A DNA stretch of 64,000 bases from an uncultured virus (IMG/VR IMGVR_UViG_3300050343_000259) (Duplodnaviria > Heunggongvirae > Uroviricota > Caudoviricetes). The notes beneath the pieces were generated by a model. It was not told the origin of the DNA. It did no database searches and saw nothing but the letters and a program-made list of their open reading frames with translations. Made by a program: the position numbers and the translations under genes. Of the stretch, positions 22,201 through 31,859 are shown one piece after another. The stretch lies in IMG/VR virus record IMGVR_UViG_3300050343_000259, one strand, 5' to 3'. How positions within the stretch are numbered: the stretch's first letter is position 1; each line of letters opens with the position of its first letter.

Positions 22201-22332
22201 TTATTTTTCCTGTGTTTCATCTATCATTTTATTGGAAATTGTTCTATGAATTAGTAAAAACACTCCTAATAAGACAACTCCTATAATTATATCTCTTTCC
22301 GCTTTCTTTATTTCTTTTTTTATACTAGACAT
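22201..22332 (-). CDS. small membrane protein (43 aa)
   Basis: Read by hand: MSSIKKEIKKAERDIIIGVVLLGVFLLIHR... Confidence 0.6.
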   Translation of the reverse strand: MSSIKKEIKKAERDIIIGVVLLGVFLLIHRTISNKMIDETQEK

Positions 22333-22333
22333 T

Positions 22334-22498
22334 TTATTTTTTTGTTTTTTTGTTTTTCTCTGTTTTTTGGGCTTCTGCTACTTTAGATTTTATTGCTCCC
22401 GATAATCCTGTGTTTCCTTGAAATCCTTGATTTCCTATATTGCCTGAATTACCTGACCTTAAACCTAATCCTTTATTTGCTTTACCCGATAATCCCAT
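22334..22498 (-). CDS. small basic protein with short Gly-X-Y run (54 aa)
   Basis: MGLSGKANKGLGLRSGNSGNIGNQGFQGNTGLSGAIKSK...KKTKK; TAATG coupling to upstream gene. Confidence 0.6.
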   Translation of the reverse strand: MGLSGKANKGLGLRSGNSGNIGNQGFQGNTGLSGAIKSKVAEAQKTEKNKKTKK

Positions 22499-24804
22499 TA
22501 TTTTCTTCCTAAAAATATGCCAAGAAGAATACCTGCTAAACCTCCTATTAACATTGAATTATCACCTTTTTTAGTAGAACTTTTATCCATCTTCTCTGCA
22601 TATTTATTGTCTTTGTCTACTTTTGCTTGAGTTTTAGCTTTATTTTTTTCATAATCAGATAAATCTTCCCATTCTTTATCAGAATATCCCCAATATTTTT
22701 TGGTATCAGAAACACTTAATTGACCTTTTTTCTTAACTTCTCCACCTTTTGCATATTTATTATCTTTTCTTCTGTAAAAATAATCTTGTGTATCTTTTAT
22801 GCCATAAGTATCAACATTATCAAACACACCTTTCTTTTCAAGTCGTTTTTCTATCATACTTGCACCTCTAAAAGTGTCTGAACTACCAACTACCTCTCCA
22901 TCATAACCACTATCTTTGTGAACAATGTATCTTTTGACTTTACCACCTTTTGCAAATCTCCCCATTTTCAATTCTCTTCCTTCTTTATAGTTATCACCAT
23001 TAAACCATTTAGATATTTTATCAATACCTTTTTGTAGTTTTTCTTTTAAATCTTCTATACTATCAAAAGTGAATTTGTCTTGTGTGTAATCTTCGTAATT
23101 TCCTGTTCTGTGATAAGGTGCTTCCATATTTACATTACCGGTAAGAACTATAGTATGCTTACCATCAATACCTCTGCTATTATCAGGATTATAGTAAAAT
23201 GCTTCTACTTCAAACATAATACTATCATCATCACTTCTTGAAAACTCATCTAAATCTTCTGCCTCATCCATATATCCTGCATCCTGTAAAGAAGAGTAAT
23301 CAACATTTTCAATACCTCCTAATTCTTTTACTATGTCAGGATATTCTTCTTCAAATCTTTCTTTACCATATTCATAATTTAGATTTTCTACTCTTTCTAA
23401 TTCAGCATCTAAAGTATTTGTAGGCAATGATTTTCCTGAGCCTGTTAGATAGTTTCCGTATGTGAAAAAACGGTATTCATAGCCTCCATCAGTAAAAGGT
23501 ATAAAGCCATCTCGACTCTTATATTCTACCTCTTCTCCTTTTATTTCTTGACCTTCATATTCTTGATTAGCATCTTCTAAAACATCTTCTAACTCATCTT
23601 TTAATACCTCAACTATTTTTTCTCTACTTATAGTTTCTCCACCCTCGGCAAACCCTTGAGGGAATTTAGAACTATATATTTCATCGTTATATCGAGATGC
23701 ATTATCAACTACTCTTACCCAAGTATTAGAATCTTCTATTTCTCTTGCTTTTGATATTGCTCTTTTTTTATTTGGTGCCTCATCATCTAAATACACTACA
23801 TCGTAGTTTTCATCAAAATCATAATCATCTTCGTTGTTGTAAACTCTAATAATATATTCTTTGTTTTCATCTAAATCTCCACCTTTTTCAAAACTTCTAA
23901 TCACGAAAATATCTCCATCATTAGACTTGTATTTCATTTTAGGAAAATACTTTTGTTTAGCTTCTTCAAAATTATCTCTATTCTGTCTTTCTGAATCAAC
24001 AAAAATCACTTTATAATTATCTCCTGCTAATACTTTTATTTCTTCTACATCATAATCATAATCTCCTCCGGACTGCCAATCATCTCCGAACTTTTGCTTT
24101 GCTAAATCAATTAAACCGTTTTCACTAACAAAATCATCTGTTGATGTGTAATTTCCACTTAAATCCTTTCCTAAACTGCCACCTTTTGCATATTTAGATA
24201 AATCGTATTCTTTTACTGTTCCTCCCTTTTTATAGTTTTGAAAATAATGTCCATCATATTCGTTATAATTGTTTATTGATAAATCTCTTCCCAAAGCCTC
24301 ATAGTCAAAATAATATTCAGGATTTGAAACACCTTCAATACCTCCTACATTATCAACATAATTTTCTCCTAATTCGTAATCCCCATCATATTGTCCTATA
24401 TATCTATCATCTACAAATTCCTCTAAATTATCAGGGCTAAAATCATTTGCTATGGATTGTAATACTTCAGCAGGAATTCCTTTTTCTTCTGATATTTTAT
24501 GAGTATCAATAATAATATCATAATCTGCCTCTCCCATATACTCACTATATAGGCTGCTATCAAAATTTTCGTAGTCGTGAATTGAGTGCTCAGTTTCTTC
24601 TCCGTTATGATACTTCTTGCTATATTCTTTCATAAGAGAAGCAATTTTATCGCTAACTTCTTCTCCACTATCATAATCAGTTAAATCAACCCACTCACCA
24701 ACTAACCTACCTTCATTATAAGATTTTAAGTCTGCAACATAAATTTTTGGAGTATCATCTTTAAATTCTCCTCCTTTATTATATTTATATTTTTTCATTT
24801 CCAT
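22498..24804 (-). CDS. Modular polyprotein: ArdA anti-restriction domain plus further modules separated by 7 [FY]xxGG linkers; C-terminal TM
   Basis: KIYVADLKSYNEGRLVGEWVDL...IHDYE...YFDYEALGRDL matches ArdA; ends MLIGGLAGILLGIFLGRK. Confidence 0.85.
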   Translation of the reverse strand: MEMKKYKYNKGGEFKDDTPKIYVADLKSYNEGRLVGEWVDLTDYDSGEEVSDKIASLMKEYSKKYHNGEETEHSIHDYENFDSSLYSEYMGEADYDIIIDTHKISEEKGIPAEVLQSIANDFSPDNLEEFVDDRYIGQYDGDYELGENYVDNVGGIEGVSNPEYYFDYEALGRDLSINNYNEYDGHYFQNYKKGGTVKEYDLSKYAKGGSLGKDLSGNYTSTDDFVSENGLIDLAKQKFGDDWQSGGDYDYDVEEIKVLAGDNYKVIFVDSERQNRDNFEEAKQKYFPKMKYKSNDGDIFVIRSFEKGGDLDENKEYIIRVYNNEDDYDFDENYDVVYLDDEAPNKKRAISKAREIEDSNTWVRVVDNASRYNDEIYSSKFPQGFAEGGETISREKIVEVLKDELEDVLEDANQEYEGQEIKGEEVEYKSRDGFIPFTDGGYEYRFFTYGNYLTGSGKSLPTNTLDAELERVENLNYEYGKERFEEEYPDIVKELGGIENVDYSSLQDAGYMDEAEDLDEFSRSDDDSIMFEVEAFYYNPDNSRGIDGKHTIVLTGNVNMEAPYHRTGNYEDYTQDKFTFDSIEDLKEKLQKGIDKISKWFNGDNYKEGRELKMGRFAKGGKVKRYIVHKDSGYDGEVVGSSDTFRGASMIEKRLEKKGVFDNVDTYGIKDTQDYFYRRKDNKYAKGGEVKKKGQLSVSDTKKYWGYSDKEWEDLSDYEKNKAKTQAKVDKDNKYAEKMDKSSTKKGDNSMLIGGLAGILLGIFLGRK

Positions 24805-24808
24805 ATTT

Positions 24809-25486
24809 TTATTTTATCAATAGTGCAGGTATAAGAATTCCTGTCCCTACACCTAGACCATACCAAAATCCTTTTTTATCATAGAATCTAGTATCATTTC
24901 TGATAACTATATTTTTCAAACTACTAACATTTACATAAGGATTTTCGTTTTTCACCAAGACTGAAGGTGTGGGAGCCTTGAAAAAACCGTTACTTTTCAT
25001 TCCCAAAGTAATAGTTTGCCGATTATACAAAGATAAAGAATCTATCCACATACCCTTTGTATTTATAGTTGAATATATAGAGTACCATTCATCTTCCACA
25101 CCGAACTTAGTAGGAAGTTTTAAAAAAGGTAATCCTGTAGCATCAAATGTAACTCTTTCAATAGTGTCTATAATGGGGACATATATACTATCTATCTTTG
25201 TAATAGTTCTAACTGTTACTTGAGATTTGACCTTTTTTAAATCCTCTATAACAAGCAAATTTAGAGCAATGGCATCCTTTTGTGAAAGGATTACCTGCTC
25301 TTGTTCTGCTATTTTTTCTCCGTTTTCATTTAATTTCTCAACAAAAACTTGTTCTCCATCTTTAAATTTAATGACCTGACTTTTATAATCTCTTAATCTT
25401 TCATTAGCACTAAAAAGTTGCCAAATAAGAATAAATAGAATTATAATACATATAGTTAGTGCATTATTTTTAAGTTTAGAAAACAT
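24809..25486 (-). CDS. N-terminal TM + coiled-coil protein, possible spanin-like lysis protein
   Basis: N-terminal TM, coiled coil, C-terminal GLGVGTG; next to a holin-like gene. Confidence 0.5.
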   Translation of the reverse strand: MFSKLKNNALTICIIILFILIWQLFSANERLRDYKSQVIKFKDGEQVFVEKLNENGEKIAEQEQVILSQKDAIALNLLVIEDLKKVKSQVTVRTITKIDSIYVPIIDTIERVTFDATGLPFLKLPTKFGVEDEWYSIYSTINTKGMWIDSLSLYNRQTITLGMKSNGFFKAPTPSVLVKNENPYVNVSSLKNIVIRNDTRFYDKKGFWYGLGVGTGILIPALLIK

Positions 25487-25494
25487 AATCCATT

Positions 25495-25689
25495 TTATTT
25501 CTTGTTTCCTATATTTGACAAGTGTTCTCCGGCATTACCTACTGCATAAATACCAAATATCCACATTACAAACTCAGACCAATTAGCAAAGTCTGCCTGT
25601 CCAATAAACAAGAAAACTGTTGCACATATAAACAATAAAATCGCAAAAAACATTTTACGACCACCTAAAAAACTAAATACTTTTTCCAT
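25495..25689 (-). CDS. small two-TM protein, holin-like
   Basis: FLGGRKMFFAILL..., two TMs, YAVGNAGEH. Confidence 0.6.
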   Translation of the reverse strand: MEKVFSFLGGRKMFFAILLFICATVFLFIGQADFANWSEFVMWIFGIYAVGNAGEHLSNIGNKK

Positions 25690-25701
25690 TTTTTCTTTTT
25701 T

Positions 25702-26373
25702 TTAATTCATAATTCTAACATCATATATATTCTGATTGGCGGCTATTATTCTTCTATTAACCTCATCCCAATTTATAATTTTAAATATATTTTTGATGTA
25801 TTTCGTTCTGTCTGCATCGTATTTCAAATAATATGCGTGTTCCCACACATCTACTCCTAATAAAGGATATGATTGATACTCAGGCATATATGGATTGTCT
25901 TGATAAGGGGTAGCTAGTATATTTGTACTGCCATCTCTATTCATTACCCACCATACCCATCCTGAGCCGAATCTTTTCTGCGATGCTTCAATAATAAATT
26001 CTTTAAATTGTCCGTAAGTACCAAAGTCTTGAATAATTTTAGCCAATGAAACACCGTGTGGTGGATTTGACTTTTTTGATGGATTAGGTTTAAGCATTTT
26101 CCAAAACATAGAATGATTTACATACCCTCCTCCATTATCTCTAATTTCAATTGGGTATCTATCTATGTTCTGCATTACTCTAATAACCGGGTCAGTAATA
26201 TCATATTTGTCTACTGCTGCGTTAAACTTTTTTAAATACCCTAAATAATGTTTATTGTAGTGTATTTGCATAGTTTCCTCATCAATATATGGCTCTAAAC
26301 CGTTATATTTATAAGGAAGCCTTACAGGAGAAAAATGTATTAAATCATAGTCATCATATTTATTCATTTTCAA
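25702..26373 (-). CDS. sodA: Fe/Mn superoxide dismutase (Mn-type signature)
   Basis: LPYKYNGLEPYI...HYNKH...NGGGYVNHSMFW...FGSGWVW...QDNP...DVWEHAYY; start may be the second Met (26367). Confidence 0.93.
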   Translation of the reverse strand: MKMNKYDDYDLIHFSPVRLPYKYNGLEPYIDEETMQIHYNKHYLGYLKKFNAAVDKYDITDPVIRVMQNIDRYPIEIRDNGGGYVNHSMFWKMLKPNPSKKSNPPHGVSLAKIIQDFGTYGQFKEFIIEASQKRFGSGWVWWVMNRDGSTNILATPYQDNPYMPEYQSYPLLGVDVWEHAYYLKYDADRTKYIKNIFKIINWDEVNRRIIAANQNIYDVRIMN

Positions 26374-26488
26374 ACTTTTTATTGCGTGTTAAGTTGCGTG
26401 TGGTAACATACGAACCTCTGAACAAAGCAAAAGAACCAATTACACACACGACTAACAAAGCACTTAGAACAACTTTATTATTCACTTA

Positions 26489-26587
26489 TTACTTACACTT
26501 ATAGATTAAGTAACCTAACATTCCAATGATAATTACATTGTGAACATTGTTACCACCTAAAAAATCTGCACTTTTAATATCAAACAT
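26489..26587 (-). CDS. micro membrane protein (32 aa)
   Basis: MFDIKSADFLGGNNVHNVIIIGMLGYLIYKCK. Confidence 0.5.
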   Translation of the reverse strand: MFDIKSADFLGGNNVHNVIIIGMLGYLIYKCK

Positions 26588-26796
26588 TTTTTTTAAATTT
26601 TTGGGTTAATACTCGTTTTATTTACTCTCCTGCAAGTTATATTTTTTAATGAGATTTTTAGCGATAGTTTGTAACTTCTTTTTATCGGCTCTTGCAGGTG
26701 GGAGATTGTCGTTAGTAATATTAAGTTTAGACTCTTGCATACTTGCAATTGTATATTTTAAATTCTTAACGATTTCTCTTGCCCTATTTACACTCA

Positions 26797-27288
26797 CTAC
26801 TTCTTCAATAATAAATAGGCACCTACACCTATTGCTATATATAAAATTAAATCATTATTATCTTTTTTACCTTCAACCGGCTCCGGATTTACTACAACTA
26901 CAGGAGTAGGTGTTACAGGAACTTCTGTAATAGGCTCAGTAACTACATTTTCTACAACGGCAGGACTGTATGGTAAAATAGGGTCAGTTAAAATAGGGTC
27001 AATAACAAAAGGTTCATCTTCTTTGGTTACTACCACAGGTGGACCTTTTACAATTGGTGTATTGCAAGGGTCTTTATCTAATGTCCATCCTTGAGGGCAA
27101 ACTGTTCCGGGGAACATATTAGAAACCCCATATCCTTTATCACACTTATTACATATTACAGTCTGAGTAACAGGGTCTACAGGTCTAGTTGGTACACTTG
27201 GCACCGAAACAGGTGGTCGATTAGTTGGTAATACAACCCTACTTCGACCTTGAGTAGCTGCTGCTTCAAACCATAATTCATTTGACAT
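26797..27288 (-). CDS. Pro/Val-rich tail-anchored protein with small Cys domain
   Basis: ICNKC...CPQGW...PC; C-terminal TM + KK. Confidence 0.75.
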   Translation of the reverse strand: MSNELWFEAAATQGRSRVVLPTNRPPVSVPSVPTRPVDPVTQTVICNKCDKGYGVSNMFPGTVCPQGWTLDKDPCNTPIVKGPPVVVTKEDEPFVIDPILTDPILPYSPAVVENVVTEPITEVPVTPTPVVVVNPEPVEGKKDNNDLILYIAIGVGAYLLLKK

Positions 27289-27481
27289 ATCTTTTTATTT
27301 TTTATTATTTAATCTAATCCTACTAATTCATCAATAGTTTTGCCATCGAAATATTTATCTTTTAAGAAATTATCATAAAAACCAACCAAGGCTACAATAG
27401 CTAATAAGTTAAAAGCTACTTGATATTCAAAAGGGGCTAAACCACCTTTTTTTAATTTATTGTATGACCTTTTATTCATTT

Positions 27482-27697
27482 TTAATCTTCATTTATATTC
27501 CAATCTTGCTGAGGCTTTACGGCAATTATTTTAGGTGAATTTTCTTCTTTTAATTCTTTTTTTACTAATTTTATTCTTAAAACATCTAAATATGTTTTTA
27601 CAATATAAGAAACTCCTATAGCAATTGCAATAGAACCTCCTACTGTTAGTATTTTTTGAAGATGACCTTCTTCTAAATAATCTTCCCACTTAGCCAT
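27482..27697 (-). CDS. small membrane protein
   Basis: Single TM. Confidence 0.7.
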   Translation of the reverse strand: MAKWEDYLEEGHLQKILTVGGSIAIAIGVSYIVKTYLDVLRIKLVKKELKEENSPKIIAVKPQQDWNINED

Positions 27698-27818
27698 TTA
27701 CAATGTGTTTTTAGTTATTGTAATATTTTTTGCTATATATTCTTGGTAAATCATATAAGCACCGTACCCTGCAAGGGCATATTTTATTATTGAAAACATA
27801 GTATATTATTTTTATTTG

Positions 27819-28271
27819 TTATGCTCCACAAGAACCACAAGCATTACTCATATTTGAAGTTTGCCAATCAGTACCTTGTAGGTTTCCTGATGCATTACTC
27901 ATATTAGTAGTTTGCCAATTTGTTCCTTGTAAATTTCCATTTGCACCATAGAATCCGGTTCTTCTTCTTCCCGGAATAGCTGCTAACCAATTGTTATCTG
28001 CACTAGGCAATGCTTTTCTATCTCTTGGTGGACCGTAAGGAATCATATATCCTCTTCTTGCTCCTGAAGCATTCTGAAACACACCACCTTCTTGCCACAT
28101 AGTTTCTCTGTTTCTACCTGACTGTTGCCAATTTGTTCCTGTAAAACTTGAAGTTGGTTCAGCACCTTCAATTGGTGGAACTGTACTTGTTTTTGGTTTA
28201 GAGAAATGCTCGTAAGCTGCATATGCTCCAAATCCTGCTAGTCCGTAAAGACCAATTTTCATTAAATCCAT
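27819..28271 (-). CDS. N-terminal TM protein with GTNWQ/NASG repeats
   Basis: Internal repeats GNLQGT[ND]WQT[TS]NMSNA; block shared with 50390-50779. Confidence 0.8.
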   Translation of the reverse strand: MDLMKIGLYGLAGFGAYAAYEHFSKPKTSTVPPIEGAEPTSSFTGTNWQQSGRNRETMWQEGGVFQNASGARRGYMIPYGPPRDRKALPSADNNWLAAIPGRRRTGFYGANGNLQGTNWQTTNMSNASGNLQGTDWQTSNMSNACGSCGA

Positions 28272-28290
28272 TTTTTCTTTTTTTTATTGA

Positions 28291-28704
28291 TTAATAATTA
28301 TTTAATTTTTGTTTGATAGGTATTTCTAAAACTTCGTTACCTTTAAATGTATATTCATTTTCAGGGTACATCATTTGCGAGTTACCTAAGTTGTCTATTC
28401 CCCAAACAGGAAAATCCACATCTTTCATTGTGATTCTTCCATTTGGAATGAGATTATAAGGTCTGTTTAAATCCTTACTATCTCTTTTATAACCTGTAAC
28501 AGAATATATGTCACCATTAAATCCTAATGATGCGGCTCCTCCAATTGGTAAGCCTCCTATTACTCCACTACTAGGTACAGTCACAACATATGGTTGTGAT
28601 TGTCTATTAGAATCAAAAAAGTCATCACCTTCGTTAAACCACGAGTTATTCGTGTCTAACAAATTAGATACATCAGCATAGCCATCTTTAATAATACTAT
28701 CCAT
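28291..28704 (-). CDS. phage hypothetical protein (ITMK...FPV domain)
   Basis: GYKRDSKD...NLIPNGRITMKDVDFPVWGID...MYPENEYTFKG..VLEIP, a module I recall from large phage proteins. Confidence 0.7.
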   Translation of the reverse strand: MDSIIKDGYADVSNLLDTNNSWFNEGDDFFDSNRQSQPYVVTVPSSGVIGGLPIGGAASLGFNGDIYSVTGYKRDSKDLNRPYNLIPNGRITMKDVDFPVWGIDNLGNSQMMYPENEYTFKGNEVLEIPIKQKLNNY

Positions 28705-28870
28705 TTAATCCTTTTTTGTCTAATTCTTCTTTTACTATTTTCTTTACTCCCGGTCTAAAAACATATATTTCTGCCCACATTTCAAGAGCAACAAAGGCAG
28801 CTACTGCTACTGTAACCGTACCCCAATTTATTTTATCACCGAATAACTTCATATTACCTTTTATATATTA

Positions 28871-29239
28871 TTAAAACAAAAATCTTGAGCCTGTAGGAAT
28901 ATCATATACAAAATCTTCACCTTCACAATAAAATGCTCCTTTTTTGCCATTTTTATCTAGCCAAAATTTTGATACAGTACAAGGTGTTTTACCATTAATA
29001 AGTCCTTTTGTTCCAATATGTAATCTTTCAGTTGCTTCATATTTATCATCACGAATTAAATCAATTGCATTATTATTTTTTGCATCACTAATGTTGATTG
29101 AATTATTAAATGTTGAAGCTAAATTATCCTGCCCTAAAGTTGTTTCAGTTAATTCATTTTTATCTTTTTTAATAAATAAAAAGTAAGCTGCTACTGCCGC
29201 TACTGATACACCTATAATAATTTTTGTTTTCTTATCCAT
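28871..29239 (-). CDS. N-terminal TM protein
   Basis: MDKKTKIIIGVSVAAVAAYFLF. Confidence 0.75.
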   Translation of the reverse strand: MDKKTKIIIGVSVAAVAAYFLFIKKDKNELTETTLGQDNLASTFNNSINISDAKNNNAIDLIRDDKYEATERLHIGTKGLINGKTPCTVSKFWLDKNGKKGAFYCEGEDFVYDIPTGSRFLF

Positions 29240-29252
29240 TTTATTATTTTAA

Positions 29253-29396
29253 TTACTTCTTTTTATATATCATCATACCTGTCTTTGTTTTTGATGCCAC
29301 ATAGGTACTTCCGTTATAACTAAATGATTTTTTTCCGGCTTTTCTTGCCTTTTCTTTTGCTTTCATATAAGCATTCATTGCTCTTTTCTTTGCCAT
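29253..29396 (-). CDS. small basic protein (47 aa), putative DNA-binding
   Basis: MAKKRAMNAYMKAKEKARKAGKKSFSYNGSTYVASKTKTGMMIYKKK. Confidence 0.7.
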   Translation of the reverse strand: MAKKRAMNAYMKAKEKARKAGKKSFSYNGSTYVASKTKTGMMIYKKK

Positions 29397-29398
29397 AA

Positions 29399-29563
29399 TT
29401 ATTTATTTTTAAATTTATTTTTATATATGTAAAATGCTAAACCTGCCACAAGAATTGCACCTCCTATATACATTAGATTCTTATTTCTTTTTTCCGTTTT
29501 TACTTCTTGAGTACGAGCATCAATAACTGCCTGTTCTTCAATAGTATGTTGTTTAGCCGCCAT
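29399..29563 (-). CDS. small tail-anchored protein (54 aa)
   Basis: MAAKQHTIEE...NLMYIGGAILVAGLAFYIYKNKFKNK. Confidence 0.7.
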   Translation of the reverse strand: MAAKQHTIEEQAVIDARTQEVKTEKRNKNLMYIGGAILVAGLAFYIYKNKFKNK

Positions 29564-29566
29564 AAT

Positions 29567-29833
29567 TTATTTTTTAAAAATTCCCTTACTGTAGGCATAA
29601 TATACACCTACTCCAATAATTGCTATCCAAGCTAAGTTTGGTAAGCCCATAAAACCTGCTTTTTTTGGCTTTACCTCTGCCGGTTTAGTTCCCACATTAT
29701 CTCCGGGTCCTATTACTTCTGCTTCAGCTAATAATTCTTCTTTTACTTCGGCATCATCTTTTCCTGCTCCGTATAAAGCATCATTTACCTTTTTTATATA
29801 TTCCGGGTCTGTTCCTTCTGCGAATCTTGACAT
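29567..29833 (-). CDS. tail-anchored protein, paralog of 29954-30217
   Basis: KKAGFMGLPNLAWIAIIGVGVYYAYSKGIFKK. Confidence 0.8.
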   Translation of the reverse strand: MSRFAEGTDPEYIKKVNDALYGAGKDDAEVKEELLAEAEVIGPGDNVGTKPAEVKPKKAGFMGLPNLAWIAIIGVGVYYAYSKGIFKK

Positions 29834-29839
29834 AATTTT

Positions 29840-29947
29840 TTATTTTTTTCGGGTATGACTTTTTACTGTCTTACCTTTTCGTTTATAACTCTTGATTATT
29901 GTGCAAGATTTACTTCCACTTTTTTTTACTGCTTTTTTCTTTGCCAT
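29840..29947 (-). CDS. small basic protein (35 aa)
   Basis: MAKKKAVKKSGSKSCTIIKSYKRKGKTVKSHTRKK. Confidence 0.65.
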   Translation of the reverse strand: MAKKKAVKKSGSKSCTIIKSYKRKGKTVKSHTRKK

Positions 29948-29953
29948 AATTTA

Positions 29954-30217
29954 TTATTTTTTAAACACTCCTTTTGTGTAAGCATAATATACACCTGCAC
30001 CAATAATTGCAACCCAAGCTAAAGTTGGCAATCCCATAAATCCTGCTTTTTTTGTTTTACCATCTACAACTTCTGTGGTAGTAGATTCTGCTGCTACTTC
30101 AGTTGTAGGTTCAGGTGTTGCAATTTTAACATTATCACTAGGTGCTTCTTTAAATTGTTCTGCCAATATTTCTTTTCTTTCTGCTACGAATTTTGGGTCT
30201 ATTTTTTTTGATGCCAT
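29954..30217 (-). CDS. tail-anchored protein, paralog of 29567-29833
   Basis: KKAGFMGLPTLAWVAIIGAGVYYAYTKGVFKK. Confidence 0.8.
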   Translation of the reverse strand: MASKKIDPKFVAERKEILAEQFKEAPSDNVKIATPEPTTEVAAESTTTEVVDGKTKKAGFMGLPTLAWVAIIGAGVYYAYTKGVFKK

Positions 30218-30235
30218 TTTTTATTAATTAATTAT

Positions 30236-30799
30236 TTATTTATTTCTGTTTCTTAACATATATGCTATAGCTAGTGCTCCTGCTACTGCTACTCCAAAAA
30301 TTAGGAGGTTATTAGTTGTTTTAGCTTTTTCTTCCGCCATATCTCTTGACAGTATCATATCGGTTTGTGCTTTACCTAATTCTATAGCAATTTGTTTTCT
30401 TGCGTTTAACTCTGCTAGTTCTCTATAGAATCTTTTATCTTCCTTGTCATACTGCTCTTGCCTTCTTGCCATATCACGACCAAAAGCTGCGTTTTTAGCA
30501 CCTATAAATATACCTGCTACTGATTGTGCAACTGCTGAAACTGCCGTTGCAATACCTACTAAAAGTGTAGCTGCTATATTAGAGAATCTTCCCTCCTCTA
30601 CCTTGCTTTGAAAAATTATTATTCTAGCAATAAAATCTTCATCTAGCATATGATATGCTACTGCTTTATTTACTTCATCTACAGGAGTATTAACAGGCAA
30701 CTCAGCATAACCATTCTCATTAAGCCATTGAATTACCAAAACTTTATGGTCAAGAATGAATCCGGCTAAACCCTTAAATGCTAAATTATTTGTTTTCAT
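30236..30799 (-). CDS. two-hydrophobic-segment membrane protein (family with 30799, 52070, 52770)
   Basis: Helical N-domain, FSNIA, hydrophobic segment, coiled coil, C-terminal TM. Confidence 0.8.
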   Translation of the reverse strand: MKTNNLAFKGLAGFILDHKVLVIQWLNENGYAELPVNTPVDEVNKAVAYHMLDEDFIARIIIFQSKVEEGRFSNIAATLLVGIATAVSAVAQSVAGIFIGAKNAAFGRDMARRQEQYDKEDKRFYRELAELNARKQIAIELGKAQTDMILSRDMAEEKAKTTNNLLIFGVAVAGALAIAYMLRNRNK

Positions 30800-31356
30800 T
30801 ATTTCATTATTTTTATCGCTATATATACAACTACTCCACCTGCTAATGCTATATATAATGAATTCATTCTCGTATTTTCTCTATTTTTTTGTATCAAATT
30901 TTCTTCTTGTTGTAGATAATCTGATTGTGCTAAAAGAAATTGTTTTTGCATTTCTTTTCTTTGTAAAAATGCTATTTCATCTCTTGTTTCTTTATTTAAA
31001 TACCTAGACCTAAAACCTTCTCTAAATATTTCTTCACGCATTTTTTTGTTTCTGCGTATATCTTGTTGTACCGCAATTCCTGCCGTTACAACTAATAAAC
31101 TTCCTATTATCCAAGCAGCCGTTGCAGTTAGAGTAAAAATTGCATTTTTATATTCATTTTCTTCAGTAGCTATTTCCATCAATCCGTTTTGTAACTCTTT
31201 ATTGGTTGAGTTATCAATAACTACTTCATTTACACTTGCAATAGGTGCATTTAAAGGCAGCGATGCTATCCTTAACCTATTGATTAGGGATATTACATCA
31301 TTTTTATTTTGCAGTAAAAAAACTGCTAAATTAGATATTGCCTTTTCTTTGTTCAT
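30799..31356 (-). CDS. two-hydrophobic-segment membrane protein, paralog of 30236-30799
   Basis: LAVFLLQNKNDVI...LPLNAPIASVN; YKNAI; C-terminal TM. Confidence 0.8.
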   Translation of the reverse strand: MNKEKAISNLAVFLLQNKNDVISLINRLRIASLPLNAPIASVNEVVIDNSTNKELQNGLMEIATEENEYKNAIFTLTATAAWIIGSLLVVTAGIAVQQDIRRNKKMREEIFREGFRSRYLNKETRDEIAFLQRKEMQKQFLLAQSDYLQQEENLIQKNRENTRMNSLYIALAGGVVVYIAIKIMK

Positions 31357-31357
31357 T

Positions 31358-31855
31358 TTATACTGTTGCAGGTTTCTTTTTTAATGCTACATATGCTACC
31401 ACTCCTATAACTAATGCCCCAACTCCTAAAGCAACATAGGTTAATGTTTTATCTTCTGTTTTTCTTGCAGCACTTTTCAAATTTGCTTCTTGAAACATTT
31501 TTTCAATATTAGCATCAAATTCTGCTGCTTGTTCATCTAATTTTTTCTGAGAACAGTCTAGTTCATCCCATTTATTTTTAAAGTCTAATCTTCTATTTTC
31601 TAAGGCTCTTGAATTTCTTGTGATTACTCTGTCTTTAGCACCACTATTAGCATTTTTAGTCAAATCCTTATCAATAACACCAATAGTATCATCAATGGTA
31701 TCACAATCCATCTCATCTTCTAACTTGTACTTATCGTTATATCTGTCTACTGCCTTGTTATATCTTTCTTTTTCTGCTTTTTTAGGTGCAAAAAAATCCT
31801 TGAACCAAGTTCCTCCTATAAATCCGGGGTGATTAAACCATAATTCTTCTTGCAT
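31358..31855 (-). CDS. tail-anchored helical protein, NHPGF family
   Basis: WFNHPGFIGGTWFKD; Cys pair; C-terminal TM. Confidence 0.8.
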   Translation of the reverse strand: MQEELWFNHPGFIGGTWFKDFFAPKKAEKERYNKAVDRYNDKYKLEDEMDCDTIDDTIGVIDKDLTKNANSGAKDRVITRNSRALENRRLDFKNKWDELDCSQKKLDEQAAEFDANIEKMFQEANLKSAARKTEDKTLTYVALGVGALVIGVVAYVALKKKPATV

Positions 31856-31859
31856 AATT

